Assembly: GCA_038064275.1 (NCBI GenBank)
Contig: JBBTTL010000005.1
Location: forward strand, 1-32,020
Direction: 5' to 3'
Source: Patescibacteria group bacterium
GTDB lineage: Bacteria; Patescibacteriota; Minisyncoccia; Phycocordibacterales; VMEP01
DNA: 32,020 nt
Of the stretch, positions 22,795-31,877 are shown piece after piece (position 1 is the first letter of the stretch; every line of letters begins with the position of its first letter). Made by a program: the position numbers and the translations under genes. Under the pieces are notes generated by a model. It was not told the DNA's origin. It searched no databases and worked only from the letters and a program-made list of their open reading frames with translations.

Positions 22795-24114
22795 ATGAAA
22801 AAAACAGAAGAAACATTGATGGAAAAAATAGTTTCGCTTTCCAAGCGGCGAGGTTTCATTTATCAGAGTTCCGAAATTTATGGAGGACTTGCCGGCGCGT
22901 TTGATTACGGCCCGCTTGGGGTGACACTAAAAAACAATGTCAAAAATCTCTGGTGGAAGATGTTTGTTGAAAGCCGTGACGATATGTATGGAGTGGACGC
23001 GGCCATTATTATGAACCCGAAAGTGTGGCAGGCAAGCGGGCATCTTTCCGCCGGGTTTGCCGACCCTATGGTTCTATGCGCGAAATGCCATCACCGCTTC
23101 AGGGCTGATCATTTGGAAGACAAAACAAAATGTCCCGAATGTGGCGGTAAATTGGGCGGGGAACGGCGGTTTAACCTTATGTTTAAGACAAATGTCGGGG
23201 CCATGGAAGATGATTCCTCCGCTAGCTACTTGCGACCTGAAACGGCCCAGGGAATGTTTGTTAATTTTAAGAATATTATTGATTCATTTCATCCGAAATT
23301 TCCATTCGGATTGGCTCAAGCAGGCAAAGCCTTCCGCAATGAAATCGCTCCGCGGGATTTCGTATTCCGCTCGCGCGAATTTGAGCAGATGGAAATTGAA
23401 TATTTTATCCGAGGAAGCGAGTGGGAAGCGGAATTTGAAATCTGGCGCAAGCATATGGGGGAGTGGCTAGATGCCATTGGCATAAACCGCGACCATGTTC
23501 ACGAAGTTGAAATTTCCCCGAAAGACTTGGCGCACTATTCCAAAAGGACGATAGATTTTGAATACGAATATCCATTCGGGCAAAAAGAACTTTACGGCCT
23601 GGCCTATAGGACCGATTTTGATCTTAAAAATCATGGCAAGGAAAGCGGGGTGGAACTCTCGTATATGGACGATACAACCGGCGAAAAATTTATTCCGCAT
23701 GTGATTGAGCCGACATTTGGCGTAGACCGCACTATTTTGGCCTTGCTTCTTGAATCCTACACCGAAGACGAGATGAACGGCGAAATGAGAACTTATCTGA
23801 AATTTTTCCCGCGCATTGCCCCGGTCAAAGTGGCGGTATTTCCGCTTCTTAAAAATAAGGGAGAGTTAGTCGCCAAGGCTAGGCAAGTTTATGATTCTTT
23901 AAAGAAAGAAATCGGTGTGGTTCTCTTTGATGACAACGGCAACATCGGCAAACGTTATCGCCGGCAGGACGAAATCGGCACCCCTTTTTGCGTAACCATT
24001 GATTTTGATACACTAGCGGACGATACGGTTACCGTGCGCGACCGCGATACCGGAAAACAAGAACGCATAAATTGCGGAAGGTTGCCCGAATACATAAAAG
24101 TTCGTATTTCTTGA
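22795..24114 (+). CDS. glyQS: glycine--tRNA ligase (homodimeric class II)
   Basis: 439 aa. RRGFIYQSSEIYGG, LRPETAQG, FRNEIAPR, C-terminal anticodon-binding domain. Confidence 0.95.
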   Translation: MKKTEETLMEKIVSLSKRRGFIYQSSEIYGGLAGAFDYGPLGVTLKNNVKNLWWKMFVESRDDMYGVDAAIIMNPKVWQASGHLSAGFADPMVLCAKCHHRFRADHLEDKTKCPECGGKLGGERRFNLMFKTNVGAMEDDSSASYLRPETAQGMFVNFKNIIDSFHPKFPFGLAQAGKAFRNEIAPRDFVFRSREFEQMEIEYFIRGSEWEAEFEIWRKHMGEWLDAIGINRDHVHEVEISPKDLAHYSKRTIDFEYEYPFGQKELYGLAYRTDFDLKNHGKESGVELSYMDDTTGEKFIPHVIEPTFGVDRTILALLLESYTEDEMNGEMRTYLKFFPRIAPVKVAVFPLLKNKGELVAKARQVYDSLKKEIGVVLFDDNGNIGKRYRRQDEIGTPFCVTIDFDTLADDTVTVRDRDTGKQERINCGRLPEYIKVRIS

Positions 24115-24152
24115 GCATTAATTTTAAAAAACGCAAAAACAAAGGCATTTGG

Positions 24153-24185
24153 GCGCCACTTGGAGGTTTCACCTCCAAGTGGCGC
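24153..24185. terminator. 15-bp perfect hairpin after glyQS (no U-tract)
   Basis: gcgccacttggaggt-ttc-acctccaagtggcgc. Confidence 0.55.
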
Positions 24186-24221
24186 AGGAAACAGCCATTT
24201 GCGTGTCTTAAGAAACTCGGC

Positions 24222-24227
24222 TAGAAT
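24222..24227 (+). promoter_or_regulatory. TAGAAT 6 nt before the ATG of the AI-2E transporter gene; no SD
   Basis: tagaat-tcttgt-ATG. A possible -35 TTGCGT lies 17 nt upstream. Confidence 0.45.
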
Positions 24228-24233
24228 TCTTGT

Positions 24234-25319
24234 ATGCTAGATAATCATATTTCAATAAGCATCGGCACAATAGTGAAGATTTTCGTAGTGGCGCTCGTTT
24301 TTTGGGCGTTATATCTGATTCGCGATTTGGTGCTGGTGGTGCTTACCTCGGTGGTCATTGCTTCGTCCGTTGAACCATTCACCAGACGGCTCCTCCGTTT
24401 CAAAATCCCGCGTGTGGTTTCTGTTATTTTTCTTTTTCTGGCCTTCATATCGCTCTTTCTCATTTTGCTCTACTTTTTTGTTCCCCCTCTCTTTGATGAA
24501 GCCGCGAACTTTTTTGAAGCCCTACCGCAATATCTTGGTTTCATAAAAGGATTCGACTCCACCCTTGACGGTCTTTTTGGGGCCCAGAATCTCTTAAGCG
24601 ATTTTTCGCAAAACTTGGGAGCGAATAATCTTCTTTCCAACGCCAAGGGCACCTTATTCGGTCTTACTGGGGGGGCGCTTCAAACGATTAATTTTGTTTT
24701 TGGCGGACTGACTAGTTTTGTATTAATTTTAGTAATCTCTTTTTATTTGGCGGTTCAGGACCGCGGTGTTGAGAATTTTTTGCGCGTCGTTACGCCAGTC
24801 AAGCATGAGAAATATATAATTAATCTCTGGCAAAGGTCTCAAAACAAAATCGGGCTTTGGATGCAGGGACAGCTTTTGCTCGGACTTTTGATAGGAGTGT
24901 TGATTTATCTTGGCCTCACTATTTTAGGCGTGCCTTATGCATTTCTTCTCGCCATTGTCGGGGCGGTATTTGAACTTATTCCCGTTTTCGGTCCTATAAT
25001 GGGGGCGGTGCCAGCCGTACTTCTTGGTTTTGTTTCCGGCGGTGCCACGCTCGGATTTATGGTAGTCGGCTTTTATATAATTATTCAGCAGTTTGAAAAT
25101 CACCTGATATATCCGTTGGTCGTGCGCAAGATAACCGGCGTGCCTCCGCTTCTGGTTATTCTTTCTCTTATTATTGGCTTCAAGCTGGCTGGATTTTTGG
25201 GCATAGTTCTTGCGGTGCCTGTTGCTTCGGCGCTTATTGAATTTGTTTCCGACCTAGAGAAAAGAAAAACATTAAGCGCGGAAAGAACGAACGGAGAACA
25301 CGTAAAAGATGAGGCTTGA
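24234..25319 (+). CDS. AI-2E family transporter (PerM/UPF0118)
   Basis: 361 aa, about 8 TM. FELIPVFGPIMGAVP and ENHLIYPLVV motifs. Confidence 0.85.
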   Translation: MLDNHISISIGTIVKIFVVALVFWALYLIRDLVLVVLTSVVIASSVEPFTRRLLRFKIPRVVSVIFLFLAFISLFLILLYFFVPPLFDEAANFFEALPQYLGFIKGFDSTLDGLFGAQNLLSDFSQNLGANNLLSNAKGTLFGLTGGALQTINFVFGGLTSFVLILVISFYLAVQDRGVENFLRVVTPVKHEKYIINLWQRSQNKIGLWMQGQLLLGLLIGVLIYLGLTILGVPYAFLLAIVGAVFELIPVFGPIMGAVPAVLLGFVSGGATLGFMVVGFYIIIQQFENHLIYPLVVRKITGVPPLLVILSLIIGFKLAGFLGIVLAVPVASALIEFVSDLEKRKTLSAERTNGEHVKDEA

Positions 25320-26103
25320 ATATATTGATATTCATTCCCATATTCACGATAGAGAATTTGACCAAGATCGTGACGCAGTGCTTGCGAGAATGCGAGAAAA
25401 CCAAGTAGGCACTATTGCCGTAGGCACCCACCATAAAAGTTCACAAGAAGCAGTTGAACTTGCTTTAAAGGAAGAAAGTGTTTATGCCGCCGTTGGCCTT
25501 CACCCAACCGACACAAGAGAAACTTTTGACACCGAAGCTTATAAACTGCTTGCTCAAAACAAAAAAGTCGTGGCTATCGGAGAATGCGGACTTGACTATT
25601 TTCGCGGCGGTATCGACATGGAGGAGAAAAAAAGACAAGGCGGGCTTTTCCAGAACCAAATAGAACTTGCTCTTTCGGTTGACTTGCCGTTGATGATTCA
25701 CGGCAGGCCGTCACGCACCAGCATGGACGCTTATCACGATATTCTTGAAATTCTTAATTCATACAAAAACGAGAAAGGCAATTTGCGAGGGAACGTTCAT
25801 TTTTTTGCCGGAGACATAGATATAGCAAAAAAATTTCTAGACCTCGGCTTCACTATGTCTTTTACGGGCGTTATCACTTTTGCCCGCGATTATGATGAGG
25901 TAATCCGTTATATTCCCCCTAATTCAATTATGTCGGAAACCGATGCTCCATACGTCGCGCCCGTGCCTTATCGCGGGGGGCGCAATGAACCCGTTTATGT
26001 TATTGAAGTCGTAAGGCAAATTGCCCAAATACGGAGAGAAAAAGAAAGCCTAGTGGGAGAAAGACTTTTAAACAACGCCAAGAGTATCTTTCTGTTGGAT
26101 TAA
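25309..26103 (+). CDS. tatD: TatD family metal-dependent hydrolase
   Basis: 264 aa. DIHSHI, GECGLDY, MIHGR, HFFAGD, ETDAPY. Overlaps the preceding gene by 11 nt. Confidence 0.9.
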   Translation: MRLEYIDIHSHIHDREFDQDRDAVLARMRENQVGTIAVGTHHKSSQEAVELALKEESVYAAVGLHPTDTRETFDTEAYKLLAQNKKVVAIGECGLDYFRGGIDMEEKKRQGGLFQNQIELALSVDLPLMIHGRPSRTSMDAYHDILEILNSYKNEKGNLRGNVHFFAGDIDIAKKFLDLGFTMSFTGVITFARDYDEVIRYIPPNSIMSETDAPYVAPVPYRGGRNEPVYVIEVVRQIAQIRREKESLVGERLLNNAKSIFLLD

Positions 26104-26110
26104 GGCCATG

Positions 26111-26145
26111 TTTTAACTTTTGACTTTTTAATTTTGCTTTGATAA
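26111..26145 (+). repeat. T-rich heptamer array after tatD
   Basis: ttttaac ttttgac tttttaa ttttgct ttgataa. Confidence 0.45.
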
Positions 26146-26148
26146 TAT
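26140..26148 (+). promoter_or_regulatory. extended -10 TGaTAATAT 7 nt before the rpsF ATG; no SD
   Basis: tgataatat-tgtccct-ATG. Confidence 0.45.
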
Positions 26149-26155
26149 TGTCCCT

Positions 26156-26629
26156 ATGGTAAAAAATGAAGGAAACGATGAATCAGTGGCGGGAAGCGTG
26201 TATGAAATCGGATATTTGGCGACACCCTCAATCGTGCAAGATAAAATTCACGAGGTGTCGGAAAAAATTAACGACCTCATAAAGAAAGCGGGAGGAACCG
26301 TTATAACCGATGAAGCACCCAAGCTTCGTGAGCTTGCTTATCCTATGGAGAAAATAGTTGCCCACAAGAAAGAAATTTTTTCAAGCGCGTATTTTGGCTG
26401 GGTAAAATTTGAAATTGTTCGGGAGAAGATAAATTCTCTCGCCAAAGAGGTTGAAAGAGAAGAAAATATAATTCGATATCTCCTCATTTCTACTGTGCGG
26501 GAAAATACCATTGCTTCTCGCCGCCCCGTGGCAAGGCAAGGGGGAGAAGTTAGGCGCAAAGAGACAAAGGGGCCCAAAATGAGCGATGAGGAGATTGAAA
26601 AGACAATTGAGCAACTAATTACACAATAA
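26156..26629 (+). CDS. rpsF: 30S ribosomal protein S6 (extended)
   Basis: YEIGYLATPS start and position in the conserved rpsF-ssb-rpsR arrangement. Has N- and C-terminal extensions. Confidence 0.82.
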   Translation: MVKNEGNDESVAGSVYEIGYLATPSIVQDKIHEVSEKINDLIKKAGGTVITDEAPKLRELAYPMEKIVAHKKEIFSSAYFGWVKFEIVREKINSLAKEVEREENIIRYLLISTVRENTIASRRPVARQGGEVRRKETKGPKMSDEEIEKTIEQLITQ

Positions 26630-26638
26630 TTTTAAAGC

Positions 26639-27073
26639 ATGTATTTGAATAAGGCAATAATTGTTGGAAACCTAACCAGAGACCCGGAATTAAAATCTCT
26701 TCCATCCGGCTCAAAAGTGGCTACTTTTTCTCTTGCCACCAATCGCGTTTGGAAAGATTCTTCGGGGGCTAAGCAGGAATCGGTGGATTATCACAATATT
26801 GTCGTCTTTGGGCGGCAGGCGGAAACATCGGCCCAGTATTTAAAAAAGGGGCAGTCCGTGCTCGTTGAGGGTAGGATTCAAACCAGAAGCTGGGACGCGG
26901 CTGACGGTACCAAAAAATACCGCACCGAGATCGTAGCCGACAGGGTGCAGTTCGGCCCCAAAAGCGCCGCAGGGGGGTCTTCTCCGGAGAAAAGTTCAAC
27001 TGGCCCTAAAGAAAAAGAAGATGTTATTGAATATCCGACCGAAGAGGCCAATCCGGAGGATATACCGTTTTAA
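26639..27073 (+). CDS. ssb: single-stranded DNA-binding protein
   Basis: MYLNKAIIVGNLTRDPELK OB-fold, Gly/Ser linker, acidic tip ending EDIPF. Confidence 0.95.
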   Translation: MYLNKAIIVGNLTRDPELKSLPSGSKVATFSLATNRVWKDSSGAKQESVDYHNIVVFGRQAETSAQYLKKGQSVLVEGRIQTRSWDAADGTKKYRTEIVADRVQFGPKSAAGGSSPEKSSTGPKEKEDVIEYPTEEANPEDIPF

Positions 27074-27123
27074 TAAAAAGAGATGAGCGTATAGCATTGA
27101 GCGAATATAGATAAAATCGGACT

Positions 27124-27158
27124 CACTAAACGCTAATCGCTAAAAGCTAAAAAACTAC
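27124..27158 (+). repeat. heptamer array ending at the rpsR ATG
   Basis: cactaaa cgctaat cgctaaa agctaaa aaactac. Related cgctaat cgctcaa cactaat units abut the secE ATG (7424-7444). Confidence 0.5.
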
Positions 27159-27159
27159 C

Positions 27160-27363
27160 ATGAACAAGCAATGCTACTTCTCACAAAATAATATTAAGCA
27201 TATTGACTATAAGGATACGGAAATCCTGAAGAAATTTTTGACGCCGCACTCAAGGATGATGTCAAAAAAACGCTCGGGTGTTTCTTCCATAAACCAGCGC
27301 AAGCTTGCAACCGCCATCAAGCGCGCCCGCTTCATGGGGCTTTTGCCGTACGTTTCTCGCTAG
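27160..27363 (+). CDS. rpsR: 30S ribosomal protein S18
   Basis: 67 aa. IDYKDTEILKKFLT and QRKLATAIKRARFMGLLPY. Confidence 0.9.
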   Translation: MNKQCYFSQNNIKHIDYKDTEILKKFLTPHSRMMSKKRSGVSSINQRKLATAIKRARFMGLLPYVSR

Positions 27364-27377
27364 CCAATAACCAATTT

Positions 27378-27400
27378 ACCTCGCTTCGGCGAGGTTTTTT
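27378..27400 (+). terminator. intrinsic terminator of rpsR
   Basis: acctcgc-ttcg-gcgaggt followed by tttttt. Confidence 0.8.
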
Positions 27401-27431
27401 CGCAGATTTTAAAATACAACACAATGATTAT

Positions 27432-27478
27432 TTGGAAGCTCTTACTTGGAAGCTCGGCTTCCAAGTAAGAGCTTCCAA
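27432..27478. repeat. perfect 22-bp-arm palindrome between convergent rpsR and efp
   Basis: ttggaagctcttacttggaagc-tcg-gcttccaagtaagagcttccaa. Confidence 0.85.
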
Positions 27479-27586
27479 GTTCTATATTCTCAAAAATATT
27501 ATAATGAAAGGATAATGGGGACAGCCACTACTGTCTCCTTCGCGCGAATGAGTTATTGGCGTAACTTTGTTGATTGTAAATTTTTT

Positions 27587-27614
27587 GTCGTAAGTCGTAG
27601 GTTGTTTGTTGTTA
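27587..27614 (-). repeat. heptamer array directly 3' of the efp stop
   Basis: Plus strand reads gtcgtaa gtcgtag gttgttt gttgtta. In efp mRNA sense this is taacaac aaacaac ctacgac ttacgac. Confidence 0.5.
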
Positions 27615-27615
27615 G

Positions 27616-28200
27616 TTACTTACTTACTCGCTCCACGTATTCTCCCGTTTCGGTGTTGACACGGATGATGTCGCCCACGTTTACGAAAAATGGGACCGTA
27701 ACGCTTGTTCCTGTTTCAAGTATGGCGGATTTGCCGCCGCCAGAGGCGGTATTGCCTTTTATTCCCGGCGGAGCATCTTTGATAGCAAGCTCCACTTTAA
27801 TAGGAAGCTTGATACGAATAATTTTTTGGTCGTCTTCGTCGTCTCCGGTGAAAGTGAGAGCGTCCACCATGGTGTTTCCTTTTAAAAATTTTGCCGGCTC
27901 ACCGATGAGATTCTCCTCCAAAGAGAAACGTCTGGATGGGTCATTTATTTCGCAAAACCAGAACTCACCGCGATTGTGGTATAAAAATTTAATTTTCTTT
28001 GAACCGATATCGGCCTCCGTTACTTTGTCTGAAGCATGAAAAGTGGCCGAAACAACCCTGCCCGAAAGGAGACTTCTTAACTTAGTCTGGTTCTGGGGTT
28101 TCCTTTGCTGGGTGCGGGCCACGTGAGATTCAAGCACCTCAAAAGGTTCATTATTGTAGAGGATGTATTTTCCCCCGCGTATCTCGTTGTATTCCAACAT
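27616..28200 (-). CDS. efp: elongation factor P
   Basis: 194 aa with a three-domain EF-P pattern. The loop at the usual PGKG position is atypical (see findings). Confidence 0.9.
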   Translation of the reverse strand: MLEYNEIRGGKYILYNNEPFEVLESHVARTQQRKPQNQTKLRSLLSGRVVSATFHASDKVTEADIGSKKIKFLYHNRGEFWFCEINDPSRRFSLEENLIGEPAKFLKGNTMVDALTFTGDDEDDQKIIRIKLPIKVELAIKDAPPGIKGNTASGGGKSAILETGTSVTVPFFVNVGDIIRVNTETGEYVERVSK

Positions 28201-28259
28201 AGTGCGCCCAATTATATGGAATTTTCGCGAGATTGCAAATCTTTCAGCAGAAATAGATT

Positions 28260-29285
28260 CTATTTATTGCTTGCTTCTTCCACCAATTTCTTTTTGATTT
28301 CTTTTTCTATCTCGTTTGCCACTTTGTGATTTTCTCGCAGAAATGTGCGAGTGGCGTCATAACCTCTCCCCAGCTTCTCCGCTCCGTAGGTGTATGAACC
28401 GCCGCCGGCTTTTTGAATAATCTCGTACTTTTCGCCAAGGGCTATCAATTCTCCCTCGCGTGAAATTCCTTCATTGTAAATTATGTCAAACTCGGTGCTT
28501 TTGAATGGAGCGGCCACTTTGTTTTTCACCACTTTCACCCGCGTGCGCGAGCCGACCATCTCCTCCCCTTTTTTAATTGAAGCGATTTTCCTGATATCCA
28601 GACGGACGGACGTATAAAATTTCAGGGCTTTGCCGCCGGGCGTTGTTTCCGGATTCCCAAACATCACTCCGATTTGCATCCTAATCTGGTTGATGAATAT
28701 AACGATAGTTTTTGATTTAGCGGTAATGGCGGTCAATTTGCGTAGGGCCTGGGACATCAATCTTGCCTGTTTGCCGACATGGTATGCGCCCATATCACCT
28801 TCAATTTCATCTTTGGGGGTCAGAGCGGCCACGGAGTCTATCACCACCACGTCAATTTTCCCGGAGCGCACCAGACTTTCCACAATTTCAAGGGCTTGCT
28901 CGCCGGTGTCCGGCTGGGAGATTAAGAGATCATTAATATTAACGCCAAGTTTTTTGGTGTATTCAGGGTCCATGGCGTGCTCGGCGTCAACAAAAGCGCA
29001 GATTCCTCCTTTCTTTTGGGCCTCGGCGATGACATGCAAGGTGAGCGTTGTTTTTCCACTAGACTCCGGTCCGAATATTTCTATAATTCTGCCGCGGGGC
29101 AGTCCGCCCACACCCAAGGCAAAATCAAGCCCTAAGGAGCCCGTAGAAATGGCTCCCACATCCACCCTCGGCCGGTCGCCCAACTTCATAATTGAGCCTT
29201 CTCCGAATTTAGTTTGTATTTCTTTAATTGTGTCTTCAATTGAAGCGCCTATTTCTCTATCGTCTTTTTTTATTTTTTTTATCAT
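28260..29285 (-). CDS. recA: recombinase RecA
   Basis: 341 aa. Walker [26 protein letters not shown] and L2 loop region. Confidence 0.97.
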   Translation of the reverse strand: MIKKIKKDDREIGASIEDTIKEIQTKFGEGSIMKLGDRPRVDVGAISTGSLGLDFALGVGGLPRGRIIEIFGPESSGKTTLTLHVIAEAQKKGGICAFVDAEHAMDPEYTKKLGVNINDLLISQPDTGEQALEIVESLVRSGKIDVVVIDSVAALTPKDEIEGDMGAYHVGKQARLMSQALRKLTAITAKSKTIVIFINQIRMQIGVMFGNPETTPGGKALKFYTSVRLDIRKIASIKKGEEMVGSRTRVKVVKNKVAAPFKSTEFDIIYNEGISREGELIALGEKYEIIQKAGGGSYTYGAEKLGRGYDATRTFLRENHKVANEIEKEIKKKLVEEASNK

Positions 29286-29310
29286 GACTGTTTAATTATT
29301 TAAATGGTTA

Positions 29311-29673
29311 TCATTTTTTGCGCACAATCTCCAAGGTTGCCTCTTTTTCTTTGCCGAACCGGTCAATTCCCTTGACGCTTATTATAGTATAGCCGAGCGG
29401 CACGACCAATTGCTCGCGGAAATTTCCTTTTTGGTCTATTAAAATCGGGCGGTCATTTACGGATATTTTTGATATATTTTTCGTTGTTCCCTCAAGTGTA
29501 ATCAATGAGTCCGTTAAAACACTTCCGTTCGCGGGCGAGAGGATGGTAATCCCCGGGCCATTAATCAAGTTTTTAGTTTGGAAATAACTGTAGACTATTA
29601 TAACAAGCGCTATAAGCGCGACAAATACAACTTTGATAATTTTCCTGAGAGGGCCTGAAAGAGCGTAGGGCAT
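29311..29673 (-). CDS. hypothetical membrane-anchored protein with small beta-domain
   Basis: I start it at ATG 29673-29671 (MPYALSG..), 1 nt after the ftsK stop (29675-29677), rather than at 29766 as in the ORF track. One TM, then an Ig-like-looking segment. Confidence 0.6.
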   Translation of the reverse strand: MPYALSGPLRKIIKVVFVALIALVIIVYSYFQTKNLINGPGITILSPANGSVLTDSLITLEGTTKNISKISVNDRPILIDQKGNFREQLVVPLGYTIISVKGIDRFGKEKEATLEIVRKK

Positions 29674-29674
29674 T

Positions 29675-31870
29675 TCATTGCGGGCCTCGGGCGTCGGCGT
29701 CTTCGCGACCAAGAACATGACGTGGTTTTGCCCCCTCGCCCGGGCCGATGACCCCCTTTTCTTCAAGCATATCTATAAGACGGGCTGCCCGGGCGTACCC
29801 CACTTTTAATTTTCGCTGAAGATAAGACGAAGAGGCTTTACCGGCTTCAATCACAACGAGCCTTGCTTCCTCATACAACTCATCGTCATCCTCAAGCGCC
29901 TTATCCTCATCTAAAGTTGCCTCAAATATGGATTTACTGCCGGGGATATTTTCGGTCATGGTGATTTCAGACGGAACCTCGTCTTTGTACTGGTCCGCAA
30001 GGTGATTGACCACTTTTTTCACTTCCGTTTCGCTGATGAAAGCGGACTGGACGCGTTCCGGTTTGGTCATGTCGCCTGAAATATAGAGCATGTCCCCGGC
30101 ACCGAGAAGCGTTTCCGCCCCGCCGGTGTCTAAAATAGTGCGAGAGTCTATCTGCGAAGAAACCTGAAGGGCGATACGCCCGGGAATGTTTGCTTTGATT
30201 AGTCCGGTGATAACATTAACACTCGGACGTTGGGTGGAAAGAACCAAGTGAATACCGACAGCTCTCGACATCTGGGCCAAGCGCACCACGCCCGCCTCAA
30301 GTTCTCTCGGATAGGTTGACATAATATCAGCCAGCTCATCAATGACAATGGCGATATAGGGCATGCGTTCGGGAAGCTCCACGAACTCTTCCTTTTCCTT
30401 ATTAGAACGCTCTTTTTGCTTGGCGTAGGCGGGAAAAACTATATTTTGATGATAAGACTCAATATCGCGGACAGATTCAGTTTCCAAAATGTCATAGCGC
30501 CGCTCCATTTCTTTGGCCGCCCACTTAAGCGAAAGAATGGCTTTTTTGGCCTCGGTGATTACCGGTGTAAGAAGGTGCGGAATCCGGTTGTAAAGAGTCA
30601 GCTCAACTCGCTTGGGGTCTATCATTATAAAACGGAGGTCTTCCGGCGAGTTGCGGTAGAGCAGGGAATTGATAATGGCGTGTATGGTGGCGGATTTTCC
30701 CGAGCCCGTGGCCCCGGCTATTAAAAGGTGAGGCATCTTGCCCAAGTTGGCGAATATTGATTTACCGGAAACGGCCCGGCCAAGCGCCATCATCAGAGGT
30801 TTCGTCGCGCCGGCGAATTTTTCATCGGAAAATAATGTGGACAGGCCCACGGTGGCTTTTACGGTATTCGGAATTTCAACGCCGACTAAGGATTTGCCGG
30901 GAATGGGGGCTTCAATGCGAATGGGATGGGCGGCAAGAGCTAAAGCCAGGTCGTTTTTCAGACCGACAATGCGCGAGAGTTTCACTCCTTCGGCTGGCTT
31001 TAAGGCGTAGCGGGTGACAGTAGGACCGATTGAAACCTCGTCCATTTCCACATCAATGCCGAAATTCTGGAGAGTGCGTTTGATGATATTGGCGTTGGCT
31101 TTTACATCGCCCACATCGGGCTTGCCGCGGTCTTTTTCAAAGATGGAGAGTGGCGGGGGAGAGTAGTTGGCAAAACGCCGCAAGTCGCGGCTGCCCTTCG
31201 GGCTTATCAGAATTTCTTCTTCCCCTTTTTTAATCCCCGAGTTGCGTGCTTTTTTATCAGAAGGACCATCTTTTTCCACGGGTTCATTTTCAGACGGAAT
31301 TCCTGCGATAATCGGCTCTATCTCGCGAGTGTCTATTTTTTTGCCCGTATCTTTTTTTGAAAATTTCCTCCAGAAAAAAATTGTATCGGCCCTTGGGCGG
31401 GCGTCAAAAATAACAAGGAGAGAGATTATCAACGCCCCGCCGAGTACAACTAAACTGATATATACATCAAAAAATTTTATGAGAGGGTAAGAAACGATTT
31501 CACCGGCAATTCCCCCCTTTCCGCTAAGACCAATGTGAATAATACCAAGACCCGAAAGTAAAAAAAGAATTGACCCTAACAAATGAGCAGACCCCACATC
31601 CGGTCTAAGCGAACGGAGGTAGGAAAGAGAAAGTATAAAAAAAAGAGCTGGCAGAAGATAATATCCGACTCCGAACAATAAAGACAAAAATGTATATATG
31701 GTATTGCCCGCCACTCCGGCTTTGCCGATTGAGGCAAACATAAAAAGAGCCGACAGCACGAAAAATAAAATACCAAATACGGCATGCACCGTCGTTTCCT
31801 TCAATCCGGGGTTTAATTTTGAAATGCTGAAAAATTTTTTATCCCCCGCTTTTCCATTCTTTTTAGCCAT
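29675..31870 (-). CDS. ftsK: DNA translocase FtsK
   Basis: 731 aa. N-terminal TM helices, Walker A GATGSGKS, Walker B IVIDELAD, C-terminal gamma winged helix (SSYLQRKLKVGYARAARLIDMLEEKGVIG). Confidence 0.95.
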   Translation of the reverse strand: MAKKNGKAGDKKFFSISKLNPGLKETTVHAVFGILFFVLSALFMFASIGKAGVAGNTIYTFLSLLFGVGYYLLPALFFILSLSYLRSLRPDVGSAHLLGSILFLLSGLGIIHIGLSGKGGIAGEIVSYPLIKFFDVYISLVVLGGALIISLLVIFDARPRADTIFFWRKFSKKDTGKKIDTREIEPIIAGIPSENEPVEKDGPSDKKARNSGIKKGEEEILISPKGSRDLRRFANYSPPPLSIFEKDRGKPDVGDVKANANIIKRTLQNFGIDVEMDEVSIGPTVTRYALKPAEGVKLSRIVGLKNDLALALAAHPIRIEAPIPGKSLVGVEIPNTVKATVGLSTLFSDEKFAGATKPLMMALGRAVSGKSIFANLGKMPHLLIAGATGSGKSATIHAIINSLLYRNSPEDLRFIMIDPKRVELTLYNRIPHLLTPVITEAKKAILSLKWAAKEMERRYDILETESVRDIESYHQNIVFPAYAKQKERSNKEKEEFVELPERMPYIAIVIDELADIMSTYPRELEAGVVRLAQMSRAVGIHLVLSTQRPSVNVITGLIKANIPGRIALQVSSQIDSRTILDTGGAETLLGAGDMLYISGDMTKPERVQSAFISETEVKKVVNHLADQYKDEVPSEITMTENIPGSKSIFEATLDEDKALEDDDELYEEARLVVIEAGKASSSYLQRKLKVGYARAARLIDMLEEKGVIGPGEGAKPRHVLGREDADARGPQ

Positions 31871-31877
31871 TTTTATA

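Noticed and set aside
27446-28039. 197-aa plus-strand ORF in the track
   Set aside because: It is entirely antisense to the well-supported efp gene, and its translation is low-complexity with no motifs. It is a shadow ORF.
28630-29295. 221-aa plus-strand ORF
   Set aside because: Antisense shadow of recA (Walker A and other motifs are unambiguous on the minus strand).
29674-29766. 5' extension of the 29311 ORF overlapping 92 nt of ftsK
   Set aside because: An internal ATG at 29673 directly follows the ftsK stop and begins the hydrophobic anchor. The extension (MKKRGSSARARGQNH..) reads as out-of-frame ftsK sequence.
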